Source: a bacterium
GTDB taxonomy: Bacteria > Patescibacteriota > Minisyncoccia > Minisyncoccales > PEYH01
Assembly: GCA_021158195.1 (NCBI GenBank)
Contig: JAGGVA010000023.1
Span: forward strand, 1 to 40,732
DNA length: 40,732 bases
Reading direction: 5' to 3'
A program made the translations under genes and the position numbers. The notes beneath the pieces were generated by a model, which saw nothing but the letters and a program-made list of their open reading frames with translations, made no database searches and had not been told where the DNA came from. Position 1 is the stretch's first letter; every line of letters begins with the position of its first letter. This document shows, piece after piece, positions 1-9,752 of the stretch.

Positions 1-63
1 AAGAGAAAAAGGCGACCACAGGATTTATTGGAGAGAAGATTTAAAAAGACCAATAGTTATTCC

Positions 64-88
64 CCGGCAAAGAGATTTGCCGGTTTTT
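64..88 (+). terminator. Rho-independent terminator of a + strand transcript that starts upstream of the window
   Basis: 8-bp stem ccggcaaa/tttgccgg (64-71 / 76-83), 4-nt loop gaga, followed by TTTTT (84-88). Confidence 0.6.
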
Positions 89-172
89 GTTATTAAAAAT
101 AATCTCAGAATTTTAGGAATTAGCGTAAAACAATATTTAGAAATTTTGGAGAATCTGTAGAGAGAAGTCATA

Positions 173-330
173 ATGGTCATTAGGAGATAGGACCAGCAGC
201 CAGTATAGTCATTAGTTGTTGGGCATGAGGGAAAATTATTCAAATAAAAAAATTACAAGAGAGAAAATAATACCTATTGCCTAATGCCTTATAACCAGAC
301 CGGCAGCCGGTCCTTTCACCTTATGACCAT
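173..330. repeat. Imperfect inverted repeat pair (arms 173-226 and 277-330) around an AT-rich spacer of about 50 nt
   Basis: Hand alignment of 173-226 with the reverse complement of 277-330 gives 38/54 identities (31/40 in the outer part: ATGGTCAT.AGG.GA.AGGACC.GC.GCC.GT). Confidence 0.6.
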
Positions 331-332
331 AT

Positions 333-367
333 CCTGTTGCAGCGTCAACCTCGCAACAGGTTTTTTC
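333..367 (+). terminator. Rho-independent terminator
   Basis: Stem cctgttgc/gcaacagg (333-340 / 353-360), 12-nt loop, then TTTTTT (361-366). Confidence 0.6.
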
Positions 368-433
368 TTTAAGGGGCGATATAAAGAAAACAGTTTTCAA
401 AAAAATTTTTTTATAGTAAAATAGAGAAATCTT

Positions 434-2170
434 ATGCTAAAAGTAAGGGGGAAAACATTTTTTATAGGATTGTTTTTTCTGGCAGTGATTGCTCTGCCAA
501 ACTTTGTCTTTGCTGATAGTTATAATCAGAAAACTACTTTTTTTGTTGATCCTTCATATGATTTGTCAGGCAGAGAAAAAATAGAAGGGGTTTTAAAGCA
601 TATCTCTGTTAAGGCCTATTTTTATCTTGAAGAAGAATGGTGGGAGTCGCTTAGTGACAAAGAAAAACAGGAAATACTTAATGAATTGTCGCTTTTGGGA
701 AAGGAGTTTGATCAAAAAATTTATCCAACAGTTACTTCTGTTTATGGCTATGAATGGAGCCCCGGTATAGACAATGATAGACATATTACGGTTTTTTTAC
801 ATCAGATGAAAGAAAATATTGGAGGATATCATCGCACAGTAGATGAGTATTATAAGGTTCAAATTCCCTCTTCCAACCAAAGAGAAATGGTTTATTTAAA
901 TGCAGAGTATTTGGGCAACTCGCGGCTTAAAAGTTTTCTTGCCCATGAATTTGTACATTTAATAGTTTTTAACCAAAAGGTGAAGGTATTTAAAACAGGA
1001 GAAGAAGAAGTGTGGTTGAACGAAGCATACGCTGATTATGCCCCAACGCTTCTGGGCTATGATGATCAGTTTAATCAGGATAGTAATCTTTACAATAGAG
1101 TAAGAGAGTTTCTTAGAGCACCCTCTGATTCTCTTACAGAATGGTGCAATATGGCTCAGGATTATGGAATAGTTAATTTATTTACTCAATATTTAGTTGA
1201 TCATTACGGGATAGAAGTTTTAAAAGACGCCCTTCATTCAAAAAAAACAGGAATAGATTCTTTAAATTATGCTCTTGAGAAAAACGGATATGAAAAAACC
1301 ATTCAAGATATTTTTACCGATTGGACAATTGCGCTGGTAATAAATGACTGCTCCATAAACCCTCTTTATTGTTATGAAAATGAAAATTTGAAAAATATAA
1401 AAATTACGCCGGCATTAATATTTCTGCCTACTACCCAACAGTCAGAAATTTCTTTAGTGTATTCTCTAAAGGATTGGTCGGCGCGCTGGTTAAAGATTAT
1501 AGGGGGAAATAAAGGTTTAGAGGTTGAGGTAGAAAATAATACTGCGCCTAAAATAACCCTTCCTTATGTTGTTCGTAAAAATGGCACAGAATTAGAGATT
1601 AAAGAAGCAACAATCTCAAAGGGCAGGGTGGCGAAAATAGAACTGCCAGAATTTGCCAAAGAGAATGTTTCTTTAATTTTAATACCCAGCGTTACTTATA
1701 AAACCAAGAATTTTACTGATAAAGAGGCAAGTTTTAGTTTTTCGATTAAGATTAAAACCGTTGAAGAGAACAATCATCAAGAGAAGCCAATTACCGAGAT
1801 GACGATTGAAGAATTGCAAGCAAAGATTTTGGAGATTCAGCAACAAATAGCCCAACTTCAGGCAATGCTTGCAGAACTAATCGCCCAAAACCAATCAGAG
1901 ATTAGTTGTAAAGAGATTACCAAAAACCTTTATTATGGGATAATGAATGATTCTCAAGTAAGATGTTTGCAGGAATTTTTGAAGAGTCAAGGCCCAGAAA
2001 TTTATCCCCAAGGGCTTGTTACAGGCAACTTCTTAGAACTCACTCGCCAAGCAGTAATTAGGTTTCAAGAAAAATATCGGGAGGAGATCTTAGAACCTTT
2101 GGGGCTGGAAAAGGGAACTGGGTTTGTTGGCCCCCTCACACGAAAAAAGATTAATGAGATGTTATTCTGA
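434..2170 (+). CDS. Secreted gluzincin-type zinc metallopeptidase-like protein with coiled-coil and C-terminal peptidoglycan-binding domain
   Basis: N-terminal signal peptide (FFIGLFFLAVIALPNFVFA). HExxH (LAHEFVHL) followed 22 aa later by WLNEAYADY, which resembles the M1-type WLNEGFA third zinc ligand. Coiled coil IEELQAKILEIQQQIAQLQAMLAELIAQ. C-terminal PG_binding_1-like repeat (VRCLQEFLKSQG...GNFLELTRQAVIRFQEKY). Confidence 0.65.
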   Translation: MLKVRGKTFFIGLFFLAVIALPNFVFADSYNQKTTFFVDPSYDLSGREKIEGVLKHISVKAYFYLEEEWWESLSDKEKQEILNELSLLGKEFDQKIYPTVTSVYGYEWSPGIDNDRHITVFLHQMKENIGGYHRTVDEYYKVQIPSSNQREMVYLNAEYLGNSRLKSFLAHEFVHLIVFNQKVKVFKTGEEEVWLNEAYADYAPTLLGYDDQFNQDSNLYNRVREFLRAPSDSLTEWCNMAQDYGIVNLFTQYLVDHYGIEVLKDALHSKKTGIDSLNYALEKNGYEKTIQDIFTDWTIALVINDCSINPLYCYENENLKNIKITPALIFLPTTQQSEISLVYSLKDWSARWLKIIGGNKGLEVEVENNTAPKITLPYVVRKNGTELEIKEATISKGRVAKIELPEFAKENVSLILIPSVTYKTKNFTDKEASFSFSIKIKTVEENNHQEKPITEMTIEELQAKILEIQQQIAQLQAMLAELIAQNQSEISCKEITKNLYYGIMNDSQVRCLQEFLKSQGPEIYPQGLVTGNFLELTRQAVIRFQEKYREEILEPLGLEKGTGFVGPLTRKKINEMLF

Positions 2171-3430
2171 AGAATTCCGAAAAATAGATCTATTGGTTTT
2201 GAAAAAGAAAAAAGCAACAAGAAAACTTTCGATAAAACGAGCAATTAGAATGCTTATTACTCCGCCCCATATTTTGTAAATCGGAACCAAAGCAAAAAAT
2301 AATAAAATTTTCGACAAGTTCTTTGCCAGTGAAATATAAAAAAGAGATTTAGAATCCATTTTTGCGAAAAGGGCTGTGTGAAAGAGAGAAAAAGGAACAA
2401 AGAGAAGGCCCAGGCTCAGTATCTGGAAGTAGGGAAGCGCCGAATTATATTTAGGGAAGAAAACCTTATAGAAAAAGGGAGCCAGTTTTATAACTAAAAC
2501 AGTTATAGGAATGATAAGTAACATTAATAGCAAAAAAACTTTTAAAAGTTTCTTTTTGTTGTTTTGTAGAGAGATCTTACTCAAACGAGGAAGAAGCAGG
2601 GGAGCAATAGGGATTAATTCCTGAATTTTTTGAGCGGGCATTTGGGCAAAAGAATAAACGGCAGTTGTAAGAGAACCACCAAAATGCCACATCATTATTT
2701 TATCAATCTGATTAGCAATTGAGTCCAAAAGGTTTAAAAAGGTTAGATGTTTTCCGAAAGAAAGAGGTTTTTTAAAGATTTTTTTAAATTGTGATGTCAG
2801 CGTTGAAACGTGTCGAAGAGTATAGAAATAAAAAATGCCTCTAAAAAGATTTCTCGATAAAAAATAAGCAAGCAAAATAACTAACAAATTATTTGTAAGA
2901 AATAAAACAGGGATGAAAATAACCGCCTCACCTAGATTTATAAGGACATAATTTTTTCGCTCAAAGTGAAACAGTTCTTTCCCTTGCCAAAAATCAAAGG
3001 CGAGGTTGAAAATGCGAATAGGCCAGAAAAAAAGAGCAGCGATAAAAAATGAAACAGCCAAGATATAGTTTTGGTGAAAAAAATACCAAGAAGAAATTAA
3101 TAAAAGTGCCGAGATTCCCAATAGAGACCATTTCCCCACTTCTTTGCTAGCAGGAAAGATAAAGGACTCTTGCTTTTTTGCTACCATACTTACCACGGCT
3201 TTACGCATACCAGGAAGACATGATATTGCTACAAGAGACACAATAGAAATGACATATTGGTATGTACCATAAGTTTTTTGGGGTATGGTGTATCCGAAAA
3301 TTACGAGGGTTAAGAAAGAAAGAAGAGAAACTAAAAATTCTCCTACTGTCCACCAGATGCTATTTTTAATAAAGTAATTTAAATCTAGTTTGAGGGGTAG
3401 AGTAAGAAAATTTGCTAATTTTTGCCGCAT
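2162..3430 (-). CDS. Polytopic membrane protein, probable polysaccharide/oligosaccharide flippase (MOP/Wzx-like)
   Basis: 422 aa, hydrophobic helices throughout, located in a glycan cluster. No catalytic motif recognised, so the call rests on topology and context. Confidence 0.5.
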   Translation of the reverse strand: MRQKLANFLTLPLKLDLNYFIKNSIWWTVGEFLVSLLSFLTLVIFGYTIPQKTYGTYQYVISIVSLVAISCLPGMRKAVVSMVAKKQESFIFPASKEVGKWSLLGISALLLISSWYFFHQNYILAVSFFIAALFFWPIRIFNLAFDFWQGKELFHFERKNYVLINLGEAVIFIPVLFLTNNLLVILLAYFLSRNLFRGIFYFYTLRHVSTLTSQFKKIFKKPLSFGKHLTFLNLLDSIANQIDKIMMWHFGGSLTTAVYSFAQMPAQKIQELIPIAPLLLPRLSKISLQNNKKKLLKVFLLLMLLIIPITVLVIKLAPFFYKVFFPKYNSALPYFQILSLGLLFVPFSLFHTALFAKMDSKSLFYISLAKNLSKILLFFALVPIYKIWGGVISILIARFIESFLVAFFFFKTNRSIFRNSSE

Positions 3431-3512
3431 ATAATTTTTACTTTTTATATAAGATTTGACTCTTACTGTTAATAAATATTACTACAATTAGTTAATTATA
3501 TAAATACTGCTA

Positions 3513-4256
3513 ATGAGAAAATATACTAATGTCACTGCTATTGTTCTTATGGCAGGACAGGGGAAAAGGTTGGGGATGAAAATACCTAAGGCATGTGTAG
3601 AGATTCAAGGTGTGTCTCTTTTGGCGCATAATTTGTGTTGGCTTTATGCTGCTGGGATTAGAAAGGCTATTTTTGTAACTGGATTTAAAAAATTTCTTGT
3701 AGAGAGTTATTTAAAATCGCTTCCGATATACATCAAAAATAATTTTGATATTAAACTTGTACATAATCGCTGGTGGCTCCAAAAAGAAAACGGCTATAGC
3801 GCTTATTTAGGACTTCGAAAATGTAATACAAAAAAATTTATGCTTTTAATGGGAGACCATTTTTTTTCTGGTTCTATAGGAGAAATGTTAGAAAATCTAC
3901 CCTCTTTTTGGTTGGTAGAAATGGTTGACAAAAAAATGCAATATGTTTCGCCAAAGGGGGCAACAAAACTTTTAGTTAAGGGAAATATAGTTTTGAAAAG
4001 TTCAAAGTATCTTCGTAGGTTTAATGCTCTGGATACAGGATTGTTTTTTGGAGATGTAAAACAAGTTTTACATATTAGTGAGAGAATGATACGGCAGAAC
4101 AAAACAAAATGGAATGATGTGGTAAATGATCTCATAAAAAAGCATCAAGTAGGCGGAATGACAACTTCAGATTTTTTTTGGTTTGGCATTAATACAAAAC
4201 AACAACTCCGAACACTTATTAATATCATTAAGAAAGGAAAATATGAATACCTTTAA
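3513..4256 (+). CDS. Nucleotidyltransferase (NTP_transferase / MobA-like fold), probable CDP- or NDP-alcohol/sugar-phosphate activating enzyme
   Basis: N-terminal AIVLMAGQGKRLG motif (the LxAGxGxRL signature of sugar-phosphate and alcohol-phosphate nucleotidyltransferases). Overlaps the start of the next gene. Confidence 0.65.
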   Translation: MRKYTNVTAIVLMAGQGKRLGMKIPKACVEIQGVSLLAHNLCWLYAAGIRKAIFVTGFKKFLVESYLKSLPIYIKNNFDIKLVHNRWWLQKENGYSAYLGLRKCNTKKFMLLMGDHFFSGSIGEMLENLPSFWLVEMVDKKMQYVSPKGATKLLVKGNIVLKSSKYLRRFNALDTGLFFGDVKQVLHISERMIRQNKTKWNDVVNDLIKKHQVGGMTTSDFFWFGINTKQQLRTLINIIKKGKYEYL

Positions 4257-4992
4257 AAAAATAAATCTTTCCTTAAAAGAACTATCTGATAGAGTTTTGC
4301 CCGATAGAAACGAATATTTTTTATCCCGCCATTTTCACCGAAAAATTTCAGTTTTAATAACATTCTTTTTGTTAAAGACAAAGATATCTGCCAATACAGT
4401 TACTAAGATTAACTTCATTATTAGTTTAATAGGGTGTGGGTTCTTTTTGAGCCCCTCCTATGCTTTTTGGTTTGTTGGGGCTATTATTTATCAATTTACC
4501 CATATTTTAGACGGAGTGGATGGCGAAATAGCACGATTTAGAAAGACGGTAAGCAGAAAAGGAGCATTATTAGACGACTTAAGGCACAATGTAACTAATG
4601 CATTTCTATTTTTATCTTTAGGAAGGGGGTTAAGCCTTATCTATAATCAAGAAATTCTTTTTGTAATTGGAAGCATAGGAGCAATTATAGTGTTGCTAAA
4701 CGATATTCTTAATAAAATACTTCCCCCCAAAAACATCTTCAAGAATAAATTGTTAAGAATGAAATTTCAAAAGAAATCAAATAAAACTTTAGAATTTATA
4801 AGAGGTCTATTCACGTTCGGCGTATTAGGATATCTTATTATTTTAACTACTATTTTAGATATGTTTTTTGGGTCTTATTTCTCTGCAAGGGTTATTTTGT
4901 TGTTTTTAATAACAGGGTGGGAGATATTATTATTTTTTAATAAGATTGATATTTTTCTTGGCTCACAAGAGGAAGATTTTATTGAGAGATAG
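4243..4992 (+). CDS. CDP-alcohol phosphatidyltransferase family membrane protein
   Basis: DGVDGEIARFRKTVSRKGALLDDLRH matches D-x2-DG-x2-AR-x8-G-x3-D, the CDP-OH_P_transf signature. Multi-pass membrane protein. Start moved to the ATG at 4243 (aaggaaaatATG), a 14-nt overlap with the upstream stop. Confidence 0.7.
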   Translation: MNTFKKINLSLKELSDRVLPDRNEYFLSRHFHRKISVLITFFLLKTKISANTVTKINFIISLIGCGFFLSPSYAFWFVGAIIYQFTHILDGVDGEIARFRKTVSRKGALLDDLRHNVTNAFLFLSLGRGLSLIYNQEILFVIGSIGAIIVLLNDILNKILPPKNIFKNKLLRMKFQKKSNKTLEFIRGLFTFGVLGYLIILTTILDMFFGSYFSARVILLFLITGWEILLFFNKIDIFLGSQEEDFIER

Positions 4993-4997
4993 TTTCT

Positions 4998-6158
4998 ATG
5001 AGAAAAACAATAGCCATTTTAACTGTGGAAGAATTCGATTTTAATAAATATGGCGGTTTTGGGATGGTAGCCAAAACAATTGCCAAAATGCTTAAGGAAG
5101 AAAAAATAAACACTGTTATAATCGATGTATCTCAAGAAGAATCTCTGAACCCAAAATTTTCAGATGGAGTTCCGGTTTATTTTATCAGAAAGAAACAAGA
5201 TGGTATTTTTAAACAAATAGCGGAGGAGATCATCTCTTTTTTTCGATTAGTGCAAACTGTTAAGAAATTAAACATATCCACGCTGATATGTATTTCTGAA
5301 TGGGTGGCGGAATATTGTATTCTGCTAAAGTATTTTTGCCCAAACACAAAAAGAATTTTGTGGTTTCAGGATATTCGTACAGAAGAAGATTGGAGAAAAA
5401 TATTTACTGTTGAGGAAGAAAAAAGAATCGTATGCGGGGATCACCCCAAAAGGTTTTGGTGGATTTTGAGAATAAAAAAGTTTTTGAGGAAATATTCAAT
5501 TAGAAGAATGAATCTTTGCTTAGCGCAGAGCCATTATTTACAAGAAAAGGCTATACAAGTTTATAGTTTAAAAAAAGGAGCGGTAAAGACACTTCCTAAT
5601 CCTGTAAGGGTTCCGGATATTTCCAAGATAAAAAAGTCCAACTACCCAATTGTTATATTTTTGGGAAGACTTGATCCCATCAAAAGGCCCTGGTTATTCT
5701 GCGAATTAGCAAGAAGATTTCCAGAAGTTCAATTTTTGGTTATGGGAATTTCCCACTTCCCAAAATTAGTAAATCCAAAATTACAATCTTTTCGTAAGTT
5801 AAAGAATTTACAATTTTTGGGATTAATAACAGGAATGAAAAAAGAAGAAATTTTGAGAAGATCATGGATACTAGTTAATACAAGCATTTATGAGTCATTG
5901 CCGGTTTCTTTTTTGGAAGCCCTTGCGAATAGGATGGCAATTTTAAGTTGTCAAAATCCTGATAATATAGTATCTCGATTTGGATATTATACCGGACCTC
6001 CAACAGGAGAAGATGAAGAAGTGGAGAAATTTCAAAAAGGACTCTCTTTTTTGTTAGAAAAAAATCATTGGGTAACTCTAGGTAGTAAAGGTTATCAATA
6101 TATAAAGGAAGTTGCAGATTACGAGACCATAAAGACACAAATAATTTCAATTCTATAA
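4998..6158 (+). CDS. Glycosyltransferase, GT4-like (GT-B fold)
   Basis: N-terminal GGFGMVAKTIAKML. C-terminal FLGRLDPIKRP and the E-x7-E region YESLPVSFLEA. Confidence 0.7.
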   Translation: MRKTIAILTVEEFDFNKYGGFGMVAKTIAKMLKEEKINTVIIDVSQEESLNPKFSDGVPVYFIRKKQDGIFKQIAEEIISFFRLVQTVKKLNISTLICISEWVAEYCILLKYFCPNTKRILWFQDIRTEEDWRKIFTVEEEKRIVCGDHPKRFWWILRIKKFLRKYSIRRMNLCLAQSHYLQEKAIQVYSLKKGAVKTLPNPVRVPDISKIKKSNYPIVIFLGRLDPIKRPWLFCELARRFPEVQFLVMGISHFPKLVNPKLQSFRKLKNLQFLGLITGMKKEEILRRSWILVNTSIYESLPVSFLEALANRMAILSCQNPDNIVSRFGYYTGPPTGEDEEVEKFQKGLSFLLEKNHWVTLGSKGYQYIKEVADYETIKTQIISIL

Positions 6159-6161
6159 AAG

Positions 6162-7271
6162 ATGAAAAAAATTTTTTATATAGATTCGGCTGTTAATTTT
6201 GGGGGAGGCCAAAAAGTTATTCTGGGGCTTATAAATGGTTTTCAAGAACTTGTTGATATAACGCTTCTTGCTCCCAAAGGAAAGTTAACAGAAATATGTA
6301 GAGAAAGATTTCCAAAGATAAAGATCATTAATTTGCCCCGCACTTTTTTCTTCAAGAAAATATTGGAAATTAGAAAAGCGATATTAAGAGAAAAACCTGA
6401 TATTATCCATTTACATGGAACAAGATCGGCTTTTTTAGGAAGAATTGCTGTTATTGGTATAAAGAGAAACAAAAAAGTTATATATACTCTGCATGGTTTT
6501 CACCTTCCAAGAAAGAGAATTCTGTTTAAGCCCGTGCTATTGTTAGGTGAAAGAATTTTAAATAGATGGACTGATGTATTAGTTTGTGTTAGTAAGGCAG
6601 ACGAATTATTAGTAAGAAAATATAACCTGATAGATTCGAAGAAAATTGTAGTTATTCCAAACGGTATCAAGAGTTTTTCGAAAGATTTAAGAAAGATTAA
6701 CCAAAAAGTTACCAAAATTAGAAGAAAGTTAGGAATTAATGATCAAGATACAGTTTTATTATATTTAGGAAGGATTGATCCCCCAAAAGACGTAGTTACT
6801 ATAATCGAGGCTTTACAGATTCTAAATCGAGAAGGATATAATAATATCAAACTTGTCATAGTGGGAGAAGGTTCTCAGAAAAGATTTCTTGAGAGAAAAT
6901 ACAATTTTCTTCGAAATTTATTATTTTGGGAAGGATTTCAAAAAGAAACAATGCCTTATTTATTCCTTGCAGATATAGTAGTTTTGTCTAGCCAATGGGA
7001 AGGTTGCCCTTTATCTCTATTAGAGGCGGGGCTAGCAAGAAAACCGGTTATTGGCGCAGATGTAGATGGAATAAAAGAGGTTATCATAGATGGAAAAAAC
7101 GGCTTTTTGTTTAAAATGGGTTCTGCACAAGATCTAGCCGAGAAAATAAAGATATTAGCAAAAACTCCCTCTCTTAGAAAAAATATGGGAGCAATGAATT
7201 TCAAATTAGTTTCTTCTCGATTTAGTTACCCAAAAATGATAGAAAATTATCGAAGATTATATTTAAACTAA
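6162..7271 (+). CDS. Glycosyltransferase, GT4 family
   Basis: GGGQKVILGL near the N-terminus, YLGRIDPPKD, and E-x7-E (WEGCPLSLLEAGLARKPVIGADVDGIKEVI). Confidence 0.75.
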   Translation: MKKIFYIDSAVNFGGGQKVILGLINGFQELVDITLLAPKGKLTEICRERFPKIKIINLPRTFFFKKILEIRKAILREKPDIIHLHGTRSAFLGRIAVIGIKRNKKVIYTLHGFHLPRKRILFKPVLLLGERILNRWTDVLVCVSKADELLVRKYNLIDSKKIVVIPNGIKSFSKDLRKINQKVTKIRRKLGINDQDTVLLYLGRIDPPKDVVTIIEALQILNREGYNNIKLVIVGEGSQKRFLERKYNFLRNLLFWEGFQKETMPYLFLADIVVLSSQWEGCPLSLLEAGLARKPVIGADVDGIKEVIIDGKNGFLFKMGSAQDLAEKIKILAKTPSLRKNMGAMNFKLVSSRFSYPKMIENYRRLYLN

Positions 7272-7272
7272 G

Positions 7273-8373
7273 ATGAAAAAAATTCTCCAAATAAGTAAGT
7301 TCTATTACCCGAAAATTGGAGGGGTTGAGAGAATTGTTTATCAGATAGGGGAGGAGTTAAACAAAGATTCAGATTTTTTAGTAGATGTTCTTTGTTGTGG
7401 AAAGAGGGGTGGAATAGAAAAGGTAAATCAGACAAAAGTTTGGAGGGCAAAAACTTTGTGGAATTTTCTTGGAATGCCCCTCTCGTTTGATTTTTTAAAA
7501 ACCTTTAGAAGGATAAGAAACAACTATCAAATTCTTGATTTTCACCAGCCGTTTCCTTTGGCAGATCTTGCTTTGTTTTTGTTTCCTGCGCGCGCAAAAA
7601 TTGTTGTTCACTATCATTCTGACATTGTAAGGCAGAGATTTTTTAAAATTTTTGTTGAGCCGTTTATTCTTAATACTCTCAAGAAAGCAGAAAAGATAAT
7701 TGTTTCTAATCCAAATCTTGTCAAAACTTCACCTACTTTAAGAAAATTTCAAGAAAAGTGCGTTGTAATCCCTTTTGGGGTGGAGATTTCGAAATTCCAA
7801 AATGTTGATATAAAAGCGGTAGAGAAGATTCGAAAAAAATATGGTAAGTTTGTATTGTTTGTTGGCAGATTGAGTTATTATAAGGGGATAGAGTATTTGA
7901 TAAGGACAATGAAAGATATACCAGCCAATTTATTAATCATTGGAGAGGGGCAGGAGGGCAACAAACTGAAGAACCTTGTAAAAAAACTAAAAGTTGCCGA
8001 GAGGGTGTTTTTCCTGCCCTTCCAGCCAGAAGAGAAGTTAATTCAGTTTTACCATGCTTGTTCAGTATTCGTCTTACCCTCTATTTATCGTTCTGAAGCA
8101 TTCGGTATTGTTCTAATTGAGGCAATGGCTTGTGGCAAACCTGTTATATCTACCGAGATTGGCACAGGAACCAGTTGGGTAAATCAGCACAAAAAAACAG
8201 GATTGGTAGTTAAACCAAAAGATGTTACTGGCTTAAAGAGAGCAATTAAAGAAATTTTAGGTAACCAAAAAATAAGGCAGGAATATGGTAGAAATGCTTT
8301 AGAGAGAGCAAAAGAGTTTTTTTCTTTAAGAGGAATGATAGCAAAGACAAAAGAAATCTATAGGGTTTTATAA
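7273..8373 (+). CDS. Glycosyltransferase, GT4 family
   Basis: GGVERIVYQIGEEL, FVGRLSYYKGIEYL, SEAFGIVLIEAMACGKPVISTEIGTG. Starts 2 nt after the previous stop. Confidence 0.75.
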   Translation: MKKILQISKFYYPKIGGVERIVYQIGEELNKDSDFLVDVLCCGKRGGIEKVNQTKVWRAKTLWNFLGMPLSFDFLKTFRRIRNNYQILDFHQPFPLADLALFLFPARAKIVVHYHSDIVRQRFFKIFVEPFILNTLKKAEKIIVSNPNLVKTSPTLRKFQEKCVVIPFGVEISKFQNVDIKAVEKIRKKYGKFVLFVGRLSYYKGIEYLIRTMKDIPANLLIIGEGQEGNKLKNLVKKLKVAERVFFLPFQPEEKLIQFYHACSVFVLPSIYRSEAFGIVLIEAMACGKPVISTEIGTGTSWVNQHKKTGLVVKPKDVTGLKRAIKEILGNQKIRQEYGRNALERAKEFFSLRGMIAKTKEIYRVL

Positions 8374-8397
8374 GAGCGATATTTTAGAGTTTTGAGA

Positions 8398-9714
8398 TTA
8401 TTCTCGGAAGAGGAGGTTAATTGTCTTTATTAAAATATACAGGTCCAAAATTAAGGATCTGTTTTTAATGTAATAAAGATCATATTCTAATTTTTGAAAG
8501 GTGTCTTCGATTGAGCGGGCATATCGAAATTTAATTTGTGCCCAGCCGGTAAAGCCGGGCTTGATAATGTGGCGTAGGTTGTAAAAAGGAATCTTTTTCT
8601 CTAGTTCTTTCACAAATTCAGGGCGTTCAGGTCTTGGTCCTACAAAAGAAATGTCTCCCTTTAAAATGTTTATCATTTGAGGCAGTTCGTCCAGATGGGT
8701 TTTTCTTAAAAATCTTCCTACTTTTGTAATACGAGGGTCGTTTTCTTGAGCCCATACCACAACAGATTTCTCAGCATCGGGAATCATTGATCGGAATTTA
8801 TAAATATAGAATTCTTTTAGGTTTTTGCCGACACGTTTTTGTTTATAAAAAATAGGGCCTCTATCTTCTAACTTAATCGAAAGTGATATCAGCAAACTCA
8901 AAGGGAGGGAGATAATAATAAAAATTATTGCCAAAAGTATATCGATTAATCTCTTTATTTTGTCAACAAACAGTTTTTCACCCTCTTTTAGATTATTCAT
9001 AAACCAACCATAATCTATATGATTAATTGGGATTTTTTGAAATATGCTCTCATAGGCAAAATAAAAATCCCAGATATCTATACCCCTTGAAAGCAAGAAG
9101 TAAAGCATTCTTTGCGAGCCCAACGAAAAATTTCTTTTGTCTAATACAATAATATGAATTTTATTTTTAGAAATGAGGTTTTTGACAGTTTCCGCATCCC
9201 AAGATTTGAGAGTGGCAACAATAGAGTACCCAAACTGAGGAGAACTTTTGAGTGTTTTTATAAAATTTTCTATTTCTTCTCCTGCCCCCACAACAAGGAT
9301 ATTTTTCTTAAAATAAGATTTCCATATTTGAGCCAAAAAAAATCGCCAAAGAAGGACAAATAGTAAAAAGATTGTTCCAAATATCAATAGATTTGTTTTT
9401 GGAGCAATACCGAAGAATGGAGTCAAATAGAAAAAAACCACAGAAAGGATGCCTGCTACCAAAAAAGCAACAAGTGTTTGTTTTATAATGAGATATCGAG
9501 TTTTTAATTTTTCCAGTTGATAAAAACCAAAAAGAAAAAAGATAAGAAGCCAAACGGGCAGAATAAAGGTGAAAGGGAGTATATGTTGAGATAAAGCCGA
9601 CGGAATCTCCTGTTTTTGAAAATTTAAGATTATTGTTATAATTAAAGCGGAGTAGTATAAAATTATATCTCCTAAAAAAAGAAGAGTTTGCCTTAAATGG
9701 ATAGTTTTTTTCAT
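8398..9714 (-). CDS. Polyprenyl-phosphate glycosylphosphotransferase (WbaP/EpsB-type priming sugar transferase)
   Basis: N-terminal TM bundle, Rossmann-like ILVVGAGEE, and a C-terminal bacterial sugar-transferase domain (PIFYKQKRVGKN..FYIYKFRSM...DELPQMINILKGDISFVGPRPERPEF). Confidence 0.85.
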   Translation of the reverse strand: MKKTIHLRQTLLFLGDIILYYSALIITIILNFQKQEIPSALSQHILPFTFILPVWLLIFFLFGFYQLEKLKTRYLIIKQTLVAFLVAGILSVVFFYLTPFFGIAPKTNLLIFGTIFLLFVLLWRFFLAQIWKSYFKKNILVVGAGEEIENFIKTLKSSPQFGYSIVATLKSWDAETVKNLISKNKIHIIVLDKRNFSLGSQRMLYFLLSRGIDIWDFYFAYESIFQKIPINHIDYGWFMNNLKEGEKLFVDKIKRLIDILLAIIFIIISLPLSLLISLSIKLEDRGPIFYKQKRVGKNLKEFYIYKFRSMIPDAEKSVVVWAQENDPRITKVGRFLRKTHLDELPQMINILKGDISFVGPRPERPEFVKELEKKIPFYNLRHIIKPGFTGWAQIKFRYARSIEDTFQKLEYDLYYIKNRSLILDLYILIKTINLLFRE

Positions 9715-9752
9715 TATTGTGATTTTATTCTAAAAATCTTAATAATTCAACT

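Noticed and set aside
25-243. 72-aa minus-strand ORF at the left edge
   Set aside because: It runs through a + strand terminator hairpin and one arm of the inverted repeat. It has no SD and a Cys/Thr-rich, unprotein-like sequence, so it is probably non-coding.
100-370. SRP RNA, tmRNA or 6S RNA in the left non-coding region
   Set aside because: There is an AGCAGCC-like match to SRP domain IV, but no GNAR-capped helix with the symmetric or asymmetric loops. There is no tRNA-like TTCGA arm or tag ORF for tmRNA. The evidence is insufficient.
4183-4242. Upstream extension of the CDP-alcohol transferase ORF (track start at 4183)
   Set aside because: It would overlap the preceding gene by 74 nt. 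The ATG at 4243 has a purine-rich SD-like context, and the N-terminus MNTFKK.. fits better.
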